A DNA stretch of 62,406 nucleotides, counting the filler, from Basidiobolus meristosporus CBS 931.73 (lineage: Eukaryota > Fungi > Basidiobolomycota), in NCBI GenBank assembly GCA_002104905.1. It is 3 parts of 3 records of this genome, joined end to end, with 100 filler letters (N's around TTAATTAATTAA, not from the genome) between each part and the next. Parts side by side here need not be neighbours in the genome. Positions count along the whole stretch, not along the records: positions 48,690 to 62,406 come from MCFE01001197.1; 2 more parts are not named here. One strand, 5' to 3'. This document shows, one piece after another, positions 55,913-62,406 of the stretch. Every line of letters starts with the position of its first letter. Positions within the stretch are counted from its first letter, which is position 1. The notes under the pieces are model-generated. The model was not told the DNA's origin. It was given only the letters and a program-made list of their open reading frames with translations, and searched no databases. A program made the translations under genes and the position numbers.

Positions 55913-58900
55913 TGTTATGATCTACCACTGGAATGTTAAAGCTATATCAGTTTTTAGTAAATCAATCAGTTTAATGTTTAGACTATCAGTATATCTGTGT
56001 TATGTATCCAATCAGTAGTTTTAGTCAGCAGATGAATTGGCAGATCCTTATCAGACAGAAATAGTTATATTAAGTAGGATCTATTGGGTGATGATGATTC
56101 AATCAAATGAGTCATCAGCCACAGCCTACATTAGGAAATATAATTAGTCAGCAAATGATCTGGCAAAACATATATAAGTGCTGCTGGAACCTCAATAAAA
56201 ATCAGCTCAAGCTTTAGTGAATCCAATACTAGCTAAACTCCCTATTCCTCTACAACTCTTATACCAACACTTGTAACATTGGTAGCAGCAATAACCAGAA
56301 ACCTCCCTCCTGAAGAAAGAAGAAACCACCCTCTAGATGTCAGACAATCAAGAATGGAAGAATGCCATGCAGCAAATCCTGGCCCAACAGCAACAATTAC
56401 TCCAGATCCTCAGCCAACAGCAACAATTACTCCAGGTCCTCAGCCAACAGCAACAAGAAATGGCCACCATGGCTCAGAGCCAGCAGAGCCCTGTCAAGAG
56501 CAACTTTAGTGTGAAGGTTAACCGGTACCATGGCAGAGTCAATGAAAACCTGGGAACTTGGCTCTTTCAGATTGAAGAAGCTTTTGAGGCTAAAGAAATT
56601 GCTCCAGAAAGCAAGTTGCATTATGCAGCTTCTTACCTGGCAGATGCAGCTCTACAGTGGTACTACAACAAGATCAGGTCAGCCACTATGATGGGATGCT
56701 CTACAATCTCTACCTGGGATGAGTGTGTGTCTGAAATTCAGAATGCTTTTGAACCTCCACACCAGCAGACACTACTAAGAAGGAACTTAAAGGCACTCAG
56801 ACAGAAAGGAATGGTTCAAGAATACATCTATGAGTACAGATGTCTACAGGGGCAAATTGAAAAAATACGGGCTTATATATTTGGGAACTGCAAGTTTGAC
56901 CTTGTACTTGGAAAAACCTGGCTATTTTGTTGTAATCCATCAATCAATTGGAGAACCCATGCTACTCAGATCCAAAAGGACAACAAGACCTATGAGCTAT
57001 TGCCTGCCAGGCTGGATTTCAACTTGGTCAATTCCAGTATGTGTGAGACAAGTGAACTTAGCAAGACCCAGTTCTGTGGAGCACTTAGAAAAGGTACCCA
57101 GATATTCCTCATGGCAGTATTACAGGAGGATCCCTCTACCCCAGCACCCCTGCAGGTCCAGACTCCTTTGAAGAAATATTCAGATGTGCTTCCAGATGAG
57201 CTTGTAAGCCTACCACCAGTCAGAGACATGGATCATGCCATTGACACAGGAGATAGCCCTCCAGTGAGCAAGACACCTTACAGAATGAGTCCATTGGAAT
57301 TGGAGGAAATGAAGAGACAAATTGATCAGCTATTGGAGCAAGGATACATCAGACCCAGCAAGTCACCCTGGGGAGCACCAGTGCTTTTTGTGAAAAAGAA
57401 GGATTGAGCCCTTAGGATATGCATTGACTACCAAGCCCTTAACTCAGTTACTGTCAAGAATAAGTACCCCATACCTTGGATTGATGAGCTTTTGGACCAA
57501 CTTAATGGAGCCACCATATTCAGCAAGATTGACCTCATTTCAGGATATAACCAGATTAGGGTGAAACCAGAAGATATCCCTCCAACAGCATTCAGGACCA
57601 GATATGGACATTACAAGTACTTAGACATAAGTATTGGCCTTACCAATGCCCCTGCAACATTCATGACCCTGATGCAGACTGTCTTCCAGGAGTACTTAGA
57701 CAGGTTTGTGATAATCTTCCTAGATGACATATTGATATAGAGCAAGACAGAAGAGGATCACTTGGTACACATTGAAAAGGTCTTGAAGAAGCTAAGAGAG
57801 AACAAGCTATATGGAAAGCTAGCCAAGTGTGAATTCTTCAAGGAACATGCTGAATATCTGGGACACATAGTGACTAGCACAGGAGTAACAATAGACCCTA
57901 AGAAGGTGGAAGTAATCAAGAATCTGAAGCAGCCCCATAGCATATCAGAGCTCAGATCATTCCTTGGAATGGTTCCCTATTATTGCAGATTTGTCAAGTC
58001 TTTTGCAAGTATTGCAGCCCCTTTAACTGATATCCTCAAGAAACACAATGCCTACCAGTGGGACATAGCTTGTGAGACTGCCTTCCAGACGCTCAAGAAT
58101 GAACTTGCTAAGCTGCCAAGCTTAAGAATTCCAGACTTCAGAAAAGAGCTCCCTCTGCGCACAGAAGCTTTGGATTATGCAATTGGTGGAGTGTTGAGCA
58201 AAGACCACAAGGGAAAGGACTACCCTGTTGCCTTTGAATCCAAGAAACTAAACTCAGCAGAACAAAACTATCCTGTGCATGAGACAGAGATGCTTGCTAT
58301 AAGACACTGCCTGAAGACATGGAGATGCTATATTGAAGGAGTCAAATGCACTGTAAAGACTGATCATGCCAAACTGAAGTATATATTTACTCAGAAGGTT
58401 CTATCCAGAAGAATGACAAGATGGAGTGAATATATTCAGCAATGTGACTTGAAGATTGTCTACTGCCCTGGAAAAAACAACGCAGTTGCTGATGCTATAT
58501 CAAGACTAGAACAAGTGGCACAACTCAACTTGGTGCATAAATCAGATTGGCCTAGTTTATTACCACAATACTTGTAGGACCAAGCCATTCCTAATGAGGT
58601 GGATGAAGAGATAAAGAAGATAATCCAGGATGAAGCTAACAAATTTGTTGTACAAGATGAAACACTCTACCAAGTTGTTGATGGAAGCCCTATTGCCTAT
58701 TGTTCTTTTGTTGCTTGCCTGGATATAATACATAAGCTAGACAATGGACATGGACATCTTGGGATTCAAGGAACCTATAGCCTTGTGAAAGTCAGAGCAT
58801 GGTGGCCCAGAATGAAACAAGATATTTAGAAGGTAGTGAAACATGCCTAAACTGCCAAATCAATCAAGGCCAGCCACAAAGAATTGGCAAACTCTTCCCA

Positions 58901-59355
58901 TTGGAGCCTGTACGACCATTTAAGAGATGGGGAATTGACTTTATTGGAAGACTGCCAACCACCAGGAAATGCAACTGTTGGATCCTAGTAATAATGGATC
59001 ATGCCACTAAATGGCCAGTTGCTAAAGCTGTACCAATAGCCAGTGAACAAGAAGTTGCAAGTTTCATCTACCATGAGATCCTGATGAAGTTTGGAAGCCA
59101 TGTGGAGATCTTATCTGATAGAGGAGCAAACTTTATGGCAAAGACATTAGAGGCTTACCTGGAAATGCAGCAGATTAAACACTTGAAAACTTTGGCATAT
59201 CACCCCAGAACTACTGGAGTCACTGAATGCTTTAATGGATTATTTGGAAAAATGCTGACCAAGTATGCAAATGGAGCTGTCAGTAGATGGGATGAGTATA
59301 TAGATCAAGTACTTTATGCCTGCAGAGTTATAGTGCACAACACTACCCAACAATC
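55913..59355 (+). mobile_element. Ty3/Gypsy retrotransposon family F (degenerate), interrupted by Copia G
   Basis: 5' LTR 55913-56278 (TGTTA..TAACA); PBS TGGTAGCAGC 56280-56289 (initiator-tRNA-Met-like); gag (RYHGRVNENLGTWLFQIEEAF); RT ([33 protein letters not shown]); RNase H; integrase (WGIDFIG, SDRG, AYHPRT). Confidence 0.95.
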
Positions 59356-62300
59356 TGTTGAAATATTGGACTATTTGGTATCATTCAGCAGCTAAAAATT
59401 TACTTAACATTCTAGGCTAGTCTTAGTCACTGTAGGACTCATTTACTGCCTTAACTTTGCCACTTTCTCGAGATATATGATCTTATGATTATTCCCCTAT
59501 AGTCAGGATCAAATTAGCACTATTACCAAACATTATGTACTAACCCTGAAACTGTTACAGAATGCTCCTGAATATTGAGAAACCCTCCCTACTTAGTGTT
59601 GCAGCTGTATTACTTCTACAAAGGTATAAATACTGAGCTTCTTTATGAATAAACAACAGTTCAACTATTATCACTATTTCTTGATAAGTTCCTTATATCC
59701 AAATCACTTCTTAAATTGCAACAGGTTATGAGCCCTGATTGCCTTAATCTATTCTAAAGATGACTTCTACCAGCAAACAAAGCAATACCAACATCTTCCC
59801 TGTAAAGAAGAGGTTTGATGGGAAGAACTACAGACTTTGGAGAATCAAGATGCAGATCCACCTTGACAAAAGAAAGCTTTGGAACATAGTAACAGGAAAG
59901 GAAGTTGAGCCCAAAGGAACAGCAGAAGATGTGGAGAAGTTTCAAGAGAAGGACAGAAAGGCCTTCAATGCAATATGCATCAATGTGCAAGACTCCTTCA
60001 TTGGACAAATCCATGCCTCAAATACTGCCAAAGCAGCATGGGAATCCTTAGAGAAGATCTTTAGAGCAAAGTCAGTATCAAGCAAGCTTTATTTGAAACG
60101 AAAGCTCTTCAACATGAGAAAAAAGCCAGATGATGACATGCTACAACTCATTGCCAGAATGGAGACACTTGCAGAAGAACTTTACAGTATTAATGCTGGT
60201 GTAGATGATGAAGAAAAGATACTCTGTCTGCTTTGCAGCCTACCAGACAAGTATGAGCCACTCATACTTTCTTTTGAAAGCAGAGAAGACAACTTGACTT
60301 TAGACTATGTCAAAGGAAGACTTCTCCATGAAGAACTCAGACGTAATGATCAAGCAGAGAAAATTGAGGATAATGCTTTATTCAGTTCAGAAAGGCATAC
60401 AGAAAAGAAGGGAAAGCAACAAAACCAAAGAAAACCTGGCTGCTGTAACTACTGTAAGAAGCCAGGACACTGGGCAAGAGAATGCAAGAAGAAACAAGCA
60501 GATGAAAAACAGAAACTAGAGCAGGCAAACCATATAACTACTGATGAACAGTTATTTGTAACTGTACAAGAGAGTGCAAGTAACCAAAGTAATGAATGGT
60601 ATATTGATTCTGGAGCATCACAGCATATTTGTGGTATAAAGGATTGGTTCAGCAACTTGGAGACTATTCCCGTAAGAAAGGATTATCTGGGAGATAACTC
60701 TGCATTGGAAGCTACCGCCAGTGGGTCTATACAACTAAATATGAGTGATAACTCAGGGGCAACAACAGCAAAACTGACTGACGTACTCTACGTACCTGGA
60801 AAAGCTAAGAACCTACTCTCAGTCAGTAAAGCAACTACTCAGGGACTGAAATTTGTTTTTACTAAGCTGAGCTGCTCAATACTGAGTGAAAATGGACAAA
60901 AATTAGCTTTGGGAATCAGAGATCATAATATATACAAGTTGCAATGCAAGATCATTGTACCTGAGTATGTCAACATTGCTGAAACTGATGAAACCAACTG
61001 GGAGATGTGGCATAGGAGGCTAGGACACATAGGGGAACAGAAAATGAGCCAATTGGTGAAAAATCAGCTTGTTTTGGGCCTAAAATACTCAGTTCCAATC
61101 AAATTGAATGTTTGTAAGGGATGTTCATATGGCAAACAAGCTAGGCAACATTTCAAGAGCTCAGAAGGCATCAATACCACCAAAATATTGGCTATTGTAC
61201 ACTCAGACATATGTGGCCCCATGAGAACACTGTCCTTTGGAGCCAAGAGATACTTTATGACGTTTATTGATGACAAGACAAGATATACATGGGTGTACTT
61301 CCTCAAAACAAAGGATGAAGCTTTAGAGACGTTTAAGCACTTTAAGAACATGGCAGAAACACAAACTGGGTGTAAATTGAAGGTACTACAAAGTGACAAT
61401 GGAGGAGAATTCTGCTCAAAGGAGTTTGCAAAATACTGCTTGTCTACTGGTATACTTCAACAGACCACAGTTCCTCATACTCCACAGCAAAGTGGAGTGG
61501 CAGAACGTGCAAATAGAACAATAGTAGAGATGGGAAGATCTATGCTACATGATAAGGGAATGGACTACAAGTTTTGGGCTGAATCTGTTGCTACCGCTGT
61601 ATACATCAAGGACAGATGCCCAACAACAGCACTACGTGATTCTACACCCTTTGAAGCATATACAGGCAAAAAACCAGATCTCCAGCACCTCAGGATCTTT
61701 GGCAGAGATGTTTTTTATCACATCCCTGACAAAAAACGCTCAAAGTTGGAACCAAAGAGTAGAAAAGGGATATTTCTTGGGTATTGTGAAGATACCAAAA
61801 GGTATAGAGTGTATGATGGTGAAATTCAGAAGCTGATCAAGAGCAGGGATGTTGTATTTGAGGAGATTTCAGATCAGAAAGCCACAGAAATCATTAGCCA
61901 GCTGCCTGATGCTGCAATCAACACAAATGAAGAAGATACGTACCAGATCCAGCCAGAGATGGAAGATACTTCTACCAGTTCCACATCAGAACAGATTATC
62001 CCAGTTAGGAGATCTACCAGAATAAGAAATGCCCCTGGATCCTGGTGGCAGACATCCAATGATCATGAAGAAGCTTATCTTGCCTTATGTGCCAAACCTC
62101 AGAATCTGGAACAGGCAATGCAAGGTCCAGATGCTACTAAGTGGCAACAAGCCATGCAGGAGGAGTACCAATCACTGATCAAGGCAAAAACATGGGAACT
62201 GGTAGATTTACCAAATGGGAGAAAGCCAATAGGATGTAGATGGGTCTACAAAATCAAGATAACCTCAAATGGTGCCGTTGATAAGTACAAGGCTAGATTG

Positions 62301-62406
62301 GTAGCTAAAGGCTATTCCCAGATCCAGGGACTAGACTTTAAGGAAACATTTGCTCCGGTTGCCAAGTTTAACTCTATTAGGACAGTTCTAGCCCTGGCAG
62401 CTGTAC
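59356..62406 (+). mobile_element. Ty1/Copia retrotransposon G, apparently intact 5' part
   Basis: 5' LTR 59356-59723 (TGTTG..CAACA); PBS GGTTATGAGCCC 59724-59735 (variant of the Copia-type GGTTATGGGCCC). Confidence 0.96.
59760..62405 (+). CDS. Copia Gag-Pol polyprotein, at least 882 codons, open to the window end
   Basis: Read codon by codon without a stop: gag, CCHC knuckle CNYCKKPGHWAREC, protease WYIDSGAS, pre-integrase WHRRLGH, integrase HSDICGP..SDNGGEF..GVAERANR, RT start KARLVAKGYSQ..ETFAPV. Missing from the ORF track because no stop lies in the window. Confidence 0.95.
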   Translation, partial: MTSTSKQSNTNIFPVKKRFDGKNYRLWRIKMQIHLDKRKLWNIVTGKEVEPKGTAEDVEKFQEKDRKAFNAICINVQDSFIGQIHASNTAKAAWESLEKIFRAKSVSSKLYLKRKLFNMRKKPDDDMLQLIARMETLAEELYSINAGVDDEEKILCLLCSLPDKYEPLILSFESREDNLTLDYVKGRLLHEELRRNDQAEKIEDNALFSSERHTEKKGKQQNQRKPGCCNYCKKPGHWARECKKKQADEKQKLEQANHITTDEQLFVTVQESASNQSNEWYIDSGASQHICGIKDWFSNLETIPVRKDYLGDNSALEATASGSIQLNMSDNSGATTAKLTDVLYVPGKAKNLLSVSKATTQGLKFVFTKLSCSILSENGQKLALGIRDHNIYKLQCKIIVPEYVNIAETDETNWEMWHRRLGHIGEQKMSQLVKNQLVLGLKYSVPIKLNVCKGCSYGKQARQHFKSSEGINTTKILAIVHSDICGPMRTLSFGAKRYFMTFIDDKTRYTWVYFLKTKDEALETFKHFKNMAETQTGCKLKVLQSDNGGEFCSKEFAKYCLSTGILQQTTVPHTPQQSGVAERANRTIVEMGRSMLHDKGMDYKFWAESVATAVYIKDRCPTTALRDSTPFEAYTGKKPDLQHLRIFGRDVFYHIPDKKRSKLEPKSRKGIFLGYCEDTKRYRVYDGEIQKLIKSRDVVFEEISDQKATEIISQLPDAAINTNEEDTYQIQPEMEDTSTSSTSEQIIPVRRSTRIRNAPGSWWQTSNDHEEAYLALCAKPQNLEQAMQGPDATKWQQAMQEEYQSLIKAKTWELVDLPNGRKPIGCRWVYKIKITSNGAVDKYKARLVAKGYSQIQGLDFKETFAPVAKFNSIRTVLALAAV

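Noticed and set aside
1-62406. tRNA, rRNA or other structured RNA genes
   Set aside because: None recognised by eye; PBS sequences are only tRNA-complementary. tRNAscan-SE/Infernal were not run.

Overview
Eukaryotic (fungal) genomic DNA made of three contigs joined by artificial N44-TTAATTAATTAA-N44 spacers (19621-19720, 48590-48689). An early-diverging lineage such as Basidiobolus is plausible, but that is inference only. Contig 1 (1-19620) is genic. It holds a secreted conotoxin-like knottin, an XIP-type aquaporin, a decayed bacterial-type Pls/PosA NRPS terminal domain, a proteinase K-like subtilisin plus a pseudogene copy, an atypical SDR, two duplicated class-3 lipases and a small FAM104/VCF-like ORF. 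It also holds RPS30 (missed by the ORF track) with a (CCCTAA)5 tract upstream, and a kinesin-3 cut by the contig end. Contigs 2 and 3 are almost entirely nested, CpG-depleted transposons: three copies of one Ty3/Gypsy family, a second Gypsy, decayed and apparently intact Ty1/Copia elements, solo LTRs with 4-bp TSDs, CMC/EnSpm-like transposase remnants paired with an unknown second ORF, and a foldback MITE family with 3-bp TSDs. All translations, alignments and coordinates were derived by eye; no database searches were run.
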